Shown here: in pieces, positions 18,181 through 30,000 of the stretch
Numbering within the stretch: the first letter of the stretch is position 1
Layout: the number at the start of each line of letters is the position of its first letter
Virus record (IMG/VR): IMGVR_UViG_3300010412_000005
Coordinates: 1 to 64,000 of that record
Strand: one strand, 5' to 3'
DNA length: 64,000 nucleotides
From: a virus
The notes under the pieces: generated by a model
What the model was told of the DNA's origin: nothing
What the model saw: only the letters and a program-made list of their open reading frames with translations
Database searches by the model: none
Made by a program: the position numbers and the translations under genes

Positions 18181-18903
18181 ATGCCCTCACCAGTAAGACC
18201 CAACGACCTTTGCTCACTGATTCCTGGAGCGTCTGATCCAGCGTGTCAGTCTGTGAAGTCAGTGTTTCGCGAGATTCCAAATCTAATCTGCGACTTCCTG
18301 TCGTGGATGCTTGATGCAAATGGAAATCTGAGCGACGACTTTATCGCCGACATTGGCGCAACTCTGTCTCCTCCAGGTGCGATCATTGACTATGGCGGCA
18401 TAGCTATTCCTGATGGTTGGCTGCTCTGTAATGGTCAGGCTGTCAGCAGGACAACCTACGCATCCCTGTTTGCTACGATTGGGACCATATGGGGCTCAGG
18501 AGATGGAACAACTACCTTCAATGTTCCTAACCTTCAGAAGCGTTTCACCATTGGATTGTTCACTGGTGTGAACATTGGTGACTTTGGTGGGAGTGCTGAT
18601 GCTGTGGTGTTAAATCATAGTCATGGTTATGGTCGCTTTCAGCTTGGAAACGACAACGTGTGGCTTACTATGGAAAGCTACATAATGCCTGAGACCATGA
18701 AGGCTGGGTTTGTTCGTGGTGATGGTTCAAGCTGGGGAGGAACAACCACACTAACTGAGGGAACAGAGTTTGCTGATGATAACTCGTCTGGACCAAACCG
18801 ACCTGGATTGAAGACCACTATCCCAATCCCTGAAGACAACGCGTCTGGGACTGACCTGAATCTGCCGCCTTACGCTGTAGTCTACAAGATCATCAAGACA
18901 TAA
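18181..18903 (+). CDS. phage tail collar domain protein (short fibre)
   Basis: PPGAIIDYGG..IPDGWLLCNGQAVSRTTYASLFATIGT.WG.GDG.TTFNVPNL and C-terminal NLPPYAVVYKIIK. Confidence 0.92.
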   Translation: MPSPVRPNDLCSLIPGASDPACQSVKSVFREIPNLICDFLSWMLDANGNLSDDFIADIGATLSPPGAIIDYGGIAIPDGWLLCNGQAVSRTTYASLFATIGTIWGSGDGTTTFNVPNLQKRFTIGLFTGVNIGDFGGSADAVVLNHSHGYGRFQLGNDNVWLTMESYIMPETMKAGFVRGDGSSWGGTTTLTEGTEFADDNSSGPNRPGLKTTIPIPEDNASGTDLNLPPYAVVYKIIKT

Positions 18904-21278
18904 TGTCATTCAGACCTGTCACGATCAGGAACCTTGGCGGGTTCTTTGATACTCGGGCGATGCCTGATGAAGTTGGCATCTCCAACTACACTCTTTTACT
19001 CAACAGCAGCATGCGGAGCAGAGGAAAGCGGTGCAGGCGTGGCGGGTGGAAGCGGTTGTTCGATGGAGTAAATGACAACTACAACAACGAGGATCTTCAC
19101 GATCAGCTTCTTGGGCTTCAGTTCTACTACACAAATCTGAGCGCAGTTATCACGACTCAAGAGACTGTTGGTTATCAGTATCCATATTGGATTCCTGGTG
19201 TTACAAACCCAACATCATTTGACGACACGTTCTACGGAACGCAGCCTCAGTATTGGCCAGACCTAATTAACAACGGATACACATTTTTCGATTCTGAGGC
19301 AGAAGGATGGGCGTTTGACAATGAGTTTGTAGGATACCCATACACGCCTTGCGTTGATGGAGTAACTCCGTATTACCCTGGAACGACCTGCCAAAACAGC
19401 TACGCAGACATCTACTGGAGAGAGCTGATTGGTGGAGAATCGTATCCTGGTTACTCATACGGAACACCAGTTCCTGTAGTAACACCAGCCAGGACGTATC
19501 TATACAGCTACTGTGATACCTATCCCTATGTTAGAGATGGGTGCAATGAAGCTGTGACAATGCTCAACAGCATTGGTCAGTTCGACGGAAATCGGGTTTT
19601 GGTAGCCGCAACAAAGAGTCGTATCTATGCGCTGAACTTCGCGACTGGAAACTGGAAGATCGTTGCTGACGGACTTGGAACTGACGAGGGATCTCAACCG
19701 TGCGACACATGCTCGCCTGAAAGATGGATGAGCGCTGTGGTTCAAAACGTCATGGTGCTGACAAACGGAGTTAATACTCCGATGACTTTCAACCCAATAG
19801 ACAGCCCTACGACTTGCGCATTGTGGAGAGCTGAAGTCATTGCAGACATGGACACTCTGAACATCTCGTCTGCTGGCTGTGTTGGGAGCTGGAAAGGGTT
19901 TTCCTTCATTGGAGACGTCGTCCAAGACGGCGTGCGCTACAGGAATCGCATACTGTGGAGTGACTACAATGACCCATACACTTGGGTTCCTGCAGACGAC
20001 AACATCGCAGGGTTTCAGGATCTTGGTAATGACGAGATCATTCTCCAGATCCAACCGCTCAACGACTTCTGCTTCATCTACACAGATCGTTCTATCTATC
20101 GGCTCGCATTGATCGCTACCGATCCTGCGGCTCCCACGTTCGCGTTCGAGGAGATCTATCGCGGAGACGAATCGCTGAAATACAAGTATGCATTCGTCAA
20201 TACTGGCGCGGCTCACATCTTCTGGTCAGAGAACCGAGTCCTGCAAATGACCAGCTTCGACAAGCGCCCTGTTGAACCAGACTGGTTTAGGGCTGTGTCA
20301 AATACTGTGTTCGATGGAATGAGCACTGAGGAGATCGCGTTCGATGGTCTGAACGAAGAGCAGTGCGATCATTTCATCGGAGGATACAACCCTGAGTTCA
20401 AGGAAGTCTGGTTCTCTTGGCCGACTGGTAGCAACACCTGCCCAAATATGTCGCTGGTGTTCAATCTAACGCGCGCTGAGGAAGGTGCAGACTTGGTCGA
20501 CCAAGGATTCACAGCATTCCACTGGTATGACGGGCGCAAGCAGCTGTCTGTCTTTGAGTGGTGGGAGGACATGCAGGTATGCACACGCACTCAGTCTCTT
20601 GATGAGATGGTTAAGGAAGGTCTGCCATACCAAACAACCAGTGATCCCTTCGACAACCCGGTCGCTTCAACATGGAATGCAGCTGATGATTGGGATGCTG
20701 AATCAGATACTGACTCACTGTGCAGGCGCATGGAAGAGTTCTGGATCAATGTGATCTGCAGTGACTGCAACACTGAGAGTCGTTTCGTGATGGCTCACGC
20801 CGACGACAAAGCGCTGAAAGAATACGCAGACAAGACATACTATCGACAGGAACTCGATGGCTCCCTCTACGTTCTCAACGGATACGACACTGTCATACGT
20901 TCTGGACAGTGGGACTTCAAAGACTCGAAAGAAAAACGGATACGTGAGCTTTGGGTTCAGTTCTTGGCTGAAGAGCAGACTGTGCCAAATCTCCTGTATG
21001 GATACATCGGAATCGCACCGTCACCTAATTGCATCACGTGGAAGCAGATCAGGTCTTATGACGACTGCGAGACAGTCACTGAAGGCATTCCGTTGGCGTG
21101 TCCCACTTCGAAAACAGCCGAAGAGCACGAAGAGGATTACACTTTTGCGAACAACCCAACGCACTTCCAGACTCTACTGCGCAGTCGCTACCTTGCATGG
21201 AAGCTGAAGGTGACTGGAACTGGTGGAGGCGTATGCTTCTCCCAGGTGACTCTGGACGTTGAACAAACTCAGAAGTAA
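18903..21278 (+). CDS. tail nozzle / DNA-stabilisation protein (beta-propeller, P22 gp10-like)
   Basis: KRCRRGGW near N-terminus, RILWSDYNDP.TW, YNPEFKEVWFSWP, beta-rich; position before ejection genes. Confidence 0.65.
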   Translation: MSFRPVTIRNLGGFFDTRAMPDEVGISNYTLLLNSSMRSRGKRCRRGGWKRLFDGVNDNYNNEDLHDQLLGLQFYYTNLSAVITTQETVGYQYPYWIPGVTNPTSFDDTFYGTQPQYWPDLINNGYTFFDSEAEGWAFDNEFVGYPYTPCVDGVTPYYPGTTCQNSYADIYWRELIGGESYPGYSYGTPVPVVTPARTYLYSYCDTYPYVRDGCNEAVTMLNSIGQFDGNRVLVAATKSRIYALNFATGNWKIVADGLGTDEGSQPCDTCSPERWMSAVVQNVMVLTNGVNTPMTFNPIDSPTTCALWRAEVIADMDTLNISSAGCVGSWKGFSFIGDVVQDGVRYRNRILWSDYNDPYTWVPADDNIAGFQDLGNDEIILQIQPLNDFCFIYTDRSIYRLALIATDPAAPTFAFEEIYRGDESLKYKYAFVNTGAAHIFWSENRVLQMTSFDKRPVEPDWFRAVSNTVFDGMSTEEIAFDGLNEEQCDHFIGGYNPEFKEVWFSWPTGSNTCPNMSLVFNLTRAEEGADLVDQGFTAFHWYDGRKQLSVFEWWEDMQVCTRTQSLDEMVKEGLPYQTTSDPFDNPVASTWNAADDWDAESDTDSLCRRMEEFWINVICSDCNTESRFVMAHADDKALKEYADKTYYRQELDGSLYVLNGYDTVIRSGQWDFKDSKEKRIRELWVQFLAEEQTVPNLLYGYIGIAPSPNCITWKQIRSYDDCETVTEGIPLACPTSKTAEEHEEDYTFANNPTHFQTLLRSRYLAWKLKVTGTGGGVCFSQVTLDVEQTQK

Positions 21279-21490
21279 TGCCGATCAATGTTCAAGTAAC
21301 TAGGCTTGGTCGCGTCAGACAGCGCGTGCGCACTGATCTCTGGCCTGATCCTCCTATGTTGCCTGACTCGATCTGCGAGCGGTTCCCTGAACTGCGAAAG
21401 TTCAACGAGGATATGAAGCTCTGGTCAGAACGCGTGAAGAACGCTTGGGAGTTTGAACCAGAAACAACAACAGAAGTTTGTCCAGACTAG
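21278..21490 (+). CDS. hypothetical protein
   Basis: TAATG coupling with nozzle gene. Confidence 0.65.
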   Translation: MPINVQVTRLGRVRQRVRTDLWPDPPMLPDSICERFPELRKFNEDMKLWSERVKNAWEFEPETTTEVCPD

Positions 21491-21576
21491 ACAAGTTTCA
21501 CTATTGAATCATTCGACGCTCCAGATCTTGTTGGCTTGCAGGTAGTTCTTGCAAGTAGGGCATGTGAAGGAGCATC

Positions 21577-21795
21577 GTGCAACTAACTGTAGAAGCCATG
21601 ATGAAATATACCTCCAAAGGAATTGGGATGGGAACCGGCACGAATCCATCAAAGACTCGCGACTTCAGTCCTAAGTTCGGTGGATCTGAACAGGGCACGA
21701 GCCGCAAGGCCAAAGGCAACGACGCCAAGTATGCCATCCCTGGACGCCCTTGGTCTCGCAGTGGTCAGGAAACTGACATGCGGGGCTTTAGGTAA
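21577..21795 (+). CDS. small basic Gly/Lys-rich protein (start 21577 or 21598)
   Basis: AAGGAG before GTG 21577; fills the gap on the operon strand. Confidence 0.55.
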   Translation: MQLTVEAMMKYTSKGIGMGTGTNPSKTRDFSPKFGGSEQGTSRKAKGNDAKYAIPGRPWSRSGQETDMRGFR

Positions 21796-21821
21796 ACCAC
21801 AACCTCAACCCAGGAGTCCCC

Positions 21822-21866
21822 ATGCCAAAGAAAGGCTGCAAAAAAGGCGGCAAGAAGATGAAGTAG
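21822..21866 (+). CDS. 14-aa Lys-rich micropeptide MPKKGCKKGGKKMK
   Basis: AGGAG at 21812-21816, ATG 21822, TAG 21864-21866 overlapping the AGGAGG before the next gene. Confidence 0.5.
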   Translation: MPKKGCKKGGKKMK

Positions 21867-21878
21867 GAGGATGAGACT

Positions 21879-22841
21879 ATGAGCTTTGGAATGCTCAACG
21901 CTGCTTTTGGTTCTGACAAACCGAACCTTGGAATGGTTACGGTTGTCAAGAACAAGGAGATCCAAAAGCTTATCGACGAGGGAACCAGTCAGGCTGGGGC
22001 TACCCAAAAGGCAACAGCTGCAGGCGTAGAAGACTGGCGATCTCAGTGGCAGTCTCAATACCTGCCCACGATTCAGCGTCAAATGGGACAGGAGTCTGCT
22101 CTTCTTGATACCCTATACGGAGGCGGATTTGAGCAGAAGCTCGCTCAGCTACGGCAGGGTGAAGCGACTGCTCAAAACCGCGCTCTTGAGCAAACTCTTG
22201 GCAGGCTAAGGTCTGGGCAGGATTTGCAGCGTGCTCGCCTTGGTATCGGCGGAAGGAACACCCAGCAGGACATCATGGAAGCTCGCCTGATGAACGATCA
22301 GGCTACCAGAGTTGCGTTGCAGCAGGCGGCACAGGAGCGAGCTGACTTTGGCAATTTGTGGCAGCAGCAGTTGGCTGGCATGGGACAACGTCAGGCAATG
22401 CAGGAGAAGCTTTCGACGATGCCTTTGCGCGAGGGGCAGATCATGGCCCAGGCGTATGCTACTCCTTTGCAGCTTGCTGAGCAGGTTCGGCAGATGGATG
22501 AAGCCAATAAGTTCCGCAGCCTCTATCGTAAGCGTGATGCGCTTGAGCGCCTGTCCGACATGGAACAGGTTGGAATGCAGCAACTCGGTCAGCTTACTGA
22601 GATGGCTGGCAACGTAGCATCAGTGGCTGGTGCATTCTGCTGGGTTGCTCGTGAGGTTTACGGTGACGAACGGTGGTTGCTGTTCCGTCATTGGATGCTC
22701 ACCCAGGCTTGCGACGGGTTCTTCTATTGGTATGCAATGCTCGGTGAGAAGATCGCCAGAGTCATTCATGGCGATGAGTATTTGAAGAGCTACATCCGTA
22801 ACTGGATGAACACGAAGATCCGCAATGGCAATCGCAGGTAA
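21879..22841 (+). CDS. internal virion (ejection) protein with C-terminal CWVAREVYG domain
   Basis: Q/A-rich helical body; terminal CWVAREVYG...W..FR.W...Y...GE.IA module. Confidence 0.7.
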   Translation: MSFGMLNAAFGSDKPNLGMVTVVKNKEIQKLIDEGTSQAGATQKATAAGVEDWRSQWQSQYLPTIQRQMGQESALLDTLYGGGFEQKLAQLRQGEATAQNRALEQTLGRLRSGQDLQRARLGIGGRNTQQDIMEARLMNDQATRVALQQAAQERADFGNLWQQQLAGMGQRQAMQEKLSTMPLREGQIMAQAYATPLQLAEQVRQMDEANKFRSLYRKRDALERLSDMEQVGMQQLGQLTEMAGNVASVAGAFCWVAREVYGDERWLLFRHWMLTQACDGFFYWYAMLGEKIARVIHGDEYLKSYIRNWMNTKIRNGNRR

Positions 22842-24057
22842 GCCAATCTACGCAGGCGACGTCAATACACTCGCTCAGCTTGATCTGCAGCGATCTATTG
22901 CACAGTCAAAAGCAACTCAGGAAGGCATTGCTGGTGCCAGTCGTGGAGTTGGAAATCTCCTCAGCCAAAAGCAGCAGGAGCAGTATGGAAAGCTCAAGGG
23001 TCGAGAGCTTGACATCCAGGAAGGTCAGCAAGAGCGAGAAGACAAGGAGCGCATGGAGCGCTACACGTTCGAGTCTGCTCAGCGTGCTGCTCAAGAAGGT
23101 TTGCTGGATGCTGACCAGCTCGAAAACATTGCCCCAAGCTTCAAAGATCCAACCCGTCAGGCAATCATAAAGGAAGAAGCAAATAGGCTTCGTGGGCTTG
23201 AAGAGACGATGGATGAGGAAGGTCCTCAGATTGCCAACAGACTGAACCAGTTCACTGGATACGAGCAAAGAACCCTGCAGAGAGCGCGTGAAGATTTGGC
23301 GAAAGCTGAGCAGGGATGGAAAGTCCCTGGAGTCGGCTGGGGTCCTGGGTCACAGGCTAACATTGAGGATGCTCAGAACCGCGTAGCGATGGCTGAGGCT
23401 GCAATCGCAGCCAAGGAAGCTCAGATCTACGAGGCGTATCCACAGTATGCAAACAGACTTCAGCTTGGCGAAGGTGGATACACCTATCTTCCTCGAAGCG
23501 GTAAAAGAAGGGGCATGGGATCTCAGGCTGATGTTCTTCCTCCAGCTGGTGGAGCTGCACAGGGTATAATGGTTGCCCCTCAAGAGCCTGTTGTTGGTGC
23601 GGATATCCTTCCAGAGGACCAGGGTTATGCTCCTCCTACTGGTCAACCAAGCGCAATGGCTCCTGATGTTCTTCCTGCTGCTGAATTTCCAAGGTCTGCG
23701 CGAGGAACAACTATGCCTCGGTCAGCTCCTCCGACAGGACCAGTTGCTGGCAGGGGTTCACGCAGAGCAATAGGGCCAATCCTTGGAACGCCTACAGGGC
23801 GAAATCCTCGTGGTGCGTATCGCCCATCTGCAGTTCAACAAGTCCAGCCGACGACTGAGACAGCAACAACTCCTAGCCAGGAAACGCCTAGCCAAGGACT
23901 ATTACCTGCTAACATCTCAGACCGGCTCGATCAGGAGACACTTAACGAGTTCTACTCGCGAATGGCTCAATTCCAGAGACAAGGTATGTCTTTAGATGAG
24001 GCAAGACGCCGCGCCGGTCTGTGGCTAAAGCAACAGATTGACGCGGAGGTTTTCTAA
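22825..24057 (+). CDS. internal virion (ejection) protein
   Basis: Q/E/A-rich helical N-half, Pro-rich C-half, between ejection-type genes. Confidence 0.65.
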   Translation: MAIAGKPIYAGDVNTLAQLDLQRSIAQSKATQEGIAGASRGVGNLLSQKQQEQYGKLKGRELDIQEGQQEREDKERMERYTFESAQRAAQEGLLDADQLENIAPSFKDPTRQAIIKEEANRLRGLEETMDEEGPQIANRLNQFTGYEQRTLQRAREDLAKAEQGWKVPGVGWGPGSQANIEDAQNRVAMAEAAIAAKEAQIYEAYPQYANRLQLGEGGYTYLPRSGKRRGMGSQADVLPPAGGAAQGIMVAPQEPVVGADILPEDQGYAPPTGQPSAMAPDVLPAAEFPRSARGTTMPRSAPPTGPVAGRGSRRAIGPILGTPTGRNPRGAYRPSAVQQVQPTTETATTPSQETPSQGLLPANISDRLDQETLNEFYSRMAQFQRQGMSLDEARRRAGLWLKQQIDAEVF

Positions 24058-27000
24058 TGCCTGAGTCATACGATCCCTTCTCTGATCTCCAAGATCCAAA
24101 TGTAGCCGTATCTGAACCTCCGTTGCCTCCTGCCCCAGGCAGGCCAGCCGCGCCTCAAGAGCAGCAATTCGACAGAAAGCAATTTGTCGTTGATGTCCTT
24201 GAGGACATTGAGCGGTCGCCTGAGTATCAGGCATACAAGCGCAACAGAAAGGAGGCAGCGCTAAAGGAGGAGCTGCGCCAACAGCGTCAAAGGACGGCAG
24301 ACTTTGGCGAGTCTGTTCTTGGCAACCTCCTACACCTTAAAAGCGGTGACCTTCAGCTTGCCAAGATAGGCGCGATCTTCAGCGGTTGGGCCAACAGGAA
24401 GCTTGGAATGCCAGAGGCTGCTGCGGTAGCAGACCGCAAGGCAGATGAATATCGACAAGAGCAAAAGGAGATTCGGTCTGCTATCGACGGTCTGAATATG
24501 GGTGCTGTTGCAAGGACAGCAGGTCAGTTCGGAGAGTCGTTCATTGTTTCTTCTCCAACGCTGGTGGTTCCAGGAACAGCTGCTACCGCTGCTGCGCGTG
24601 CTGGGTTAGGTGTGGCTGGAGCGAGCATGGTTGGGCTCGGAGCTGGCGCTGGTGTCGGCGGTGGGATCTCTGGCATCTCTGTCTATGACGATGCTCGCGA
24701 TCAATACATCGCTCAGGGATTCTCAGAAGAAGAAGCCAGCGAGATGGCCAAGTATCCAGGCTGGGTGTCTGGTATTGGAACAGCAGCTATCACTGCGTTG
24801 TTCGGACGCACTGGTGTTGAACGCAGCGCATTCCTCAAGCTTCCGAAGGACAAGGTAATTGGAGTTCTGCGTCAGGTTTTCAATCAGGCTGGACTCGAAG
24901 GTCTTGAGGAAGGTGCTGATGAAATCTACCAAAAGATCACCGGCTACCTCACCTACCATCCTGACATGCCTGTTGAACAGGCAATATCGGAGGTTGGAGC
25001 AGCGTTTGGACTTGGTATGGCAATGGGCGGCGGCGTTGAGATCCTTGGTCAGATCGTCAACATGTCCCCTCCTGAGATCAAAGCTCTCAATGAGAGGGAG
25101 TTCCCACGTCCACAAGAAAGGCCAAAGACACGAAAGGAAGCTGAAGGCTCCCCAATTCTTCCAGCGTCTACTCCGAAGCAGGGACAGACCAAGCCTACAG
25201 TCAAATCTGTTCAGTCCAATGAAGAGGCTGCTCGCCAGCTGTGGGGAGCAATGAAGCCTGAAGAAAGGCTGAAGGTCATTGGTCCTCAAGGTGCAGCTGC
25301 TCCACTACCTCTTGAGGCAATCAACTGGGAAGATCTGACTGAGGAAGAGCAGCTCAAGGTCTACGACCAGTTCAATCTGAGCGTTGAACCAGTTGGAGGC
25401 AGGATACCCGCAACGGCTCCTGCGATGCCAACAGCTGAAGATCTTGCTGAAAACGAGAGACTAACCAAGGCCATGAGAATGTCCTTGATTGGGTCTCCTG
25501 AGCATGAAGCTGCTTGGGCAGCTAAGGAACAGCTCAAAGCCAAATACGGTGGGCATGATCTCACCAAGATTGGGACAGAGGTTCCAGTGGCTGAAGCTGC
25601 CGCACCAGCTGAACCAACTGCTCCTGGAGATCAAGCTTGGGCTACGAGGCTATCTCCAAGCGACAGCTTGGCAGTCAGGAGTGCTGAACCTATTGATCCA
25701 ACCACAATAACCAGCGTCACCAAAGATACGAACGACGCTGGTCAGACTGTGTATGCGATCATATACGACAACGGAAAATACATTGGATACGATGACAATC
25801 CAGCGTGGGAGCTTCATCCGTTATTTGGAAAGAAGATAACTCCTGCAGCTCCTGCAGCTCCTGCTGAGCCTGGAGCACTGGCTAACCATGCTGATCAAGT
25901 CACCGTTCCTCAAGGCATCCCTGCTTCTGAGAATACTGCCTACAGATCTCTTGAGACCAATCCCCAGATTACTGTCGAAGAGTTTGCTGGCATGGATAAC
26001 GAGCAACGCGCCAACCATGCTCGGTCGATTGGTCTAAATGCTACAGGTCTGTCCTACGCTGTAGGTCACAATGCAACCGTTACCGAGAATGATATCCTTC
26101 TCCTCAAGACTGCATACGATCAGGCTCGCGCAAGAGGCCAACAGCTTGCTGATGAATCTTCGAAGAGGACGCTGACAGACGCTGAGCTGAACGAGTTGTC
26201 TCAGCTTGGTCAGGTTGAGAACGCGATGGCTGAGGCCATTGGTGCTGCCACTGATACAGGCAGCGCTGGGTTCACACTGCGCAAGCTGCCGAATTACAGG
26301 CCGAACTTCAGGGGTCTGATCAATGAGCCGAAGAGGCAGTCAAACCAGCCAGAGGTTAAGGCAGCCAAGAACCGGGCAGTCACTGAGGTAACTGCACAGA
26401 CATCCGATATCCCCACCACTCTTGCCACAAACCTCCCAGACGACCAGGAGCAGCTCGCTCGCGAGCAGGTGTTCAAAGGACTGAAGCCTGCCGAGTTCAG
26501 CCCAGCCCAGGCAAAGATCTACAAGGGCAGAGACAGGGCTAATTACGACAAGCGCGTGCTTGAGCTTAGGGCTCTTGCCTTCATCGCACCTACCCTGGCG
26601 CGTGGTGAGACTCTTGTGTTCCCTGACACCGCTACGCTTGGGAAGATCAAGAAGAACCATCCTGGCATATACAGACTCTTACAGGATGAGATTTCTAGGC
26701 TTACGACTCCTCCAAGGGCAGACACTCCGTCCCAGGAGGCGGCTGCATCGACTCCCACTCAAGACCTTCCGAAGAACGAGGATCAGTCTAACCCTCTCAG
26801 CTTGAAGGAGATGAGCAAGTCTGCTGTTGAGCATTTCATCTCAACGCTCAACCTTCTGAAGCAGGCTGCAGAGTCAAAGGTCAGATCAGCTAAGCACGTC
26901 AAGAAGCAGAAGAGCGTCCTGGCGAAGCAAGGGAAGACCTTGAAGGAGTTCAAAAAGGTCCAAGCCCTGCACGCTGAAGCACTCCAAGAGGTATCCAGAA

Positions 27001-30000
27001 TCGAAAAGCGGGTTGCCGGTTTGAGGAGCCAGCTCGCAGAAGCCGCCGCTGTTGCGCCTACGGCTGAGAATGCGCGGTCTATCCTGACCACCCTGGTGTC
27101 CAGGACCCAAAACAAGTTACGGCTCGCCAGAATCAATTCTCAGCGTTTGCAGGAGCAGCACGATTCCCTGATCGCTCAGGCTCAGGCAGCACTTGATGCA
27201 GTCCCAGTCGGTCCAGCAAGCCCAACCACCCTGGCTAAGATCGCTGATCTCAGGGCAAGAGCTGAGACTCTTGGCAAAAAGAAGATGGCTCAGGTCAAGA
27301 CCGTTGAGAGCCTTCAGGCAGAGATCAAGGAATACCAGCGCCAGATCGAGGACATCAAGAGGATGCCCAAGGATGCGCCCATTGATCGCGAAGCTATCAG
27401 ATCTCAGATCAAAGACCTTGAGGCTCGACGTCAACGTGTATCAGAAAAAATTCCAGGCAGGGCTGAGGCGATGGATACCCTGCGTAAAAGGTTGGTAGAC
27501 TTGGAGTTGCAGTATCGCAAGGCGTTCTTGGAAGAGGTAGATGAGCGATCTGGTGGCAAAGTCTCCGAGTTCATGCAGAAGCGAGAGGCTGCTGGTGCTG
27601 AATACAGAGGAACATCATGGGCCATTGCAAACATCAGGGCCGCATTGGCGACATACGGATACCAGTTCGATGTCCAGCCATACGTGAGGAAGTTCGTAGA
27701 AAGGGAAGTCACTGATCCTGTCACTGGTCAAAAGGCAGTCATTAAGGAATACACCAGACGTATCGGTGGGACAGTAGGGGCGGTAATTGCTCAGAGACTA
27801 AGGGCTGGCGATGTTGAGGTTGCGGAACAGTTTGAGGCTAATGACTTTCTGACTATCAGACCAGTTCCAAACTTCTTCGTAAGAGAAGGTGAGGAGATCA
27901 ACTGGCCAGAAGCCGCCAAGTCTTTCCTGACGCTGATCGAGAAACCAACAGAAGCCCAGAAGAAATCTGCTGAAGGCGTTACGAGTTCAGACTCATTCGT
28001 TGCGTGGTTTAAGGAGAACATCGTTCCAGCCGTCATGGGGATTCAGGAGCGTTTGTCGAAGGCTGAAGCTGCTTTGACTGAACTGCAAAACAGCGTGTCT
28101 GACTTCGGGCTGACCAAGCAGTCGACGTGGTCCTATGATGCGAAGTCGAACGAATTCAAGTGGGGCATTGACTCGTTCCTGGCACCAGATCCGAACTACG
28201 TGGTCTGGATGTCTGAGATCAACTCACGAAGCCCTCTCGGTTCTGACCCTTCCAGCACCGTTGTAATCCCTCCTGGAGCAGGGCAGAGCTTGCCGCTTGA
28301 GCCAGACTTCGAAGGTGAACAGGTCAAGATTCCGCATGTTCACCCTGGAGATCGCCCTCAAACCAAAGAGGGTATGTTCAACCCTGGCAAAGGAGACGTC
28401 ACGTGGCAGATCGCATACTACACCCAGGATGATGATGGCAGGATGGGTGACACGATTGTGGTCTTGCAGCGCAGCCATCATAGGGTGTTTCACATCGTCA
28501 CGATTAAGGATGGTGTTGTCGTTGAAGATGTTAGGGCTCCTCAAGACAAGACAACTGGACGGACAAACTACAAGACAGCTGTCCAGGCTGCTCAGTCAAA
28601 ACTCAAGGGTAAGATTCAGTCTGCGTTCTGGACAGCTGAGCGAGGTTTCCAGATCCCAACTGTCTACAGCCTGTCTCCTCTCACTGATGGAACAGTTCCT
28701 TCAAACGTGAGTGGGCAGGGAAGCGTTCTTTGGACTCCTGCCGTAGAGCTGGACAGTATCGAGGATGCTCTCTATCGAGCTGCTGCAGCTGGTGAACTCC
28801 GACCAGGGATGAGCAAGGATGCCATCTCTAAGGCAGTAACCAAGGCTGTTGCTGGCATAAGCCCTTGGCACTATAGCGCTTACAAAAAGAGCTTCCAGGC
28901 TCAGCGCTATTGGAGATCTCAAGCCGAGAACATCATTCGCAACGCTACACAAGACGCGATCATGGCGACACAGATCGCCAGTTCTGGTCGAAAGCCAAAC
29001 ACTGAAGTTCTCGCACGGGCATTTGGAATCGCAAACCCAACATTCACGCCGAAGAAGATGCCTAAGCTTGAACTGGCTCAAGCTGAATACATCAGAAGGG
29101 CTCTGAGTGTTCCACGTGGAACAACGGACTTCCAGGAGACAGTCGAAGTTGAATCGACGTTTGAAGTCAAATACCCGCGCACGACGCAAACCAGAGAGAA
29201 CGGTTCTCGCGTTGTGTCAATCGAGCTGGATCATCCGACAGCACCAGCCGTTTTGGGGACTCCGTATTTCAGAAGGACTACGCCGCTGGTAGCCAAGCAG
29301 GAAGACTCAATCATCATTACCAAAGATGGCAGAGCATACGGATGGTTCGTGTTTACTGAAGCCACCACAGCTGCTGAGAAGAACAACATCTTCGCAACAA
29401 TCGACGGAAATCCATCTGCCACTGCATACACTGAGACAGTCACTAAGCGTGCACCGCGCATGAAAATGGACCCCGCTGACAGGGTGGAGCACGCTGAGGA
29501 TTATCTGCAATCTCGTGTTGTTCAACGACTTGAGCAGCCAACGAACAATCCTACCACCCAGCAGCTTGCAGCTGAAGCCGCAGCTACGGTCGACAAGCTT
29601 AGAGAAACGAAGACTGGCAGAGATATTCTGCAGAACTTCCTTGAGGATGCGCGTGATGTCCGACTTGGCAGAAGCCGGTTCGTCAACAACATGCTGCGGC
29701 TCTTCAACACTGCTTCATTCAGTGAGCAATACGCCGTTCAGGTTGATGACAGCACAGTCGAGCGATACGTGGATGTCTCCATTCCAAACGTGATGGAGAA
29801 GACCAGGGTTCTGGTCGAAGCAAACACCACCAACGAAGAGGCGTATGCTGCTGCTGTTTCCCAGTTGGTAGACCAGATGTCGATGGCTGTGTCTCCACAG
29901 ATGCTCAGGATATTCGGAGTCAGTGGAGCTACCTACAGCGAGATGTCCTACGAGCCAAACCTGGACGGCTACGTCAGGCTCAAGAAGGGCATGGAGGCTC

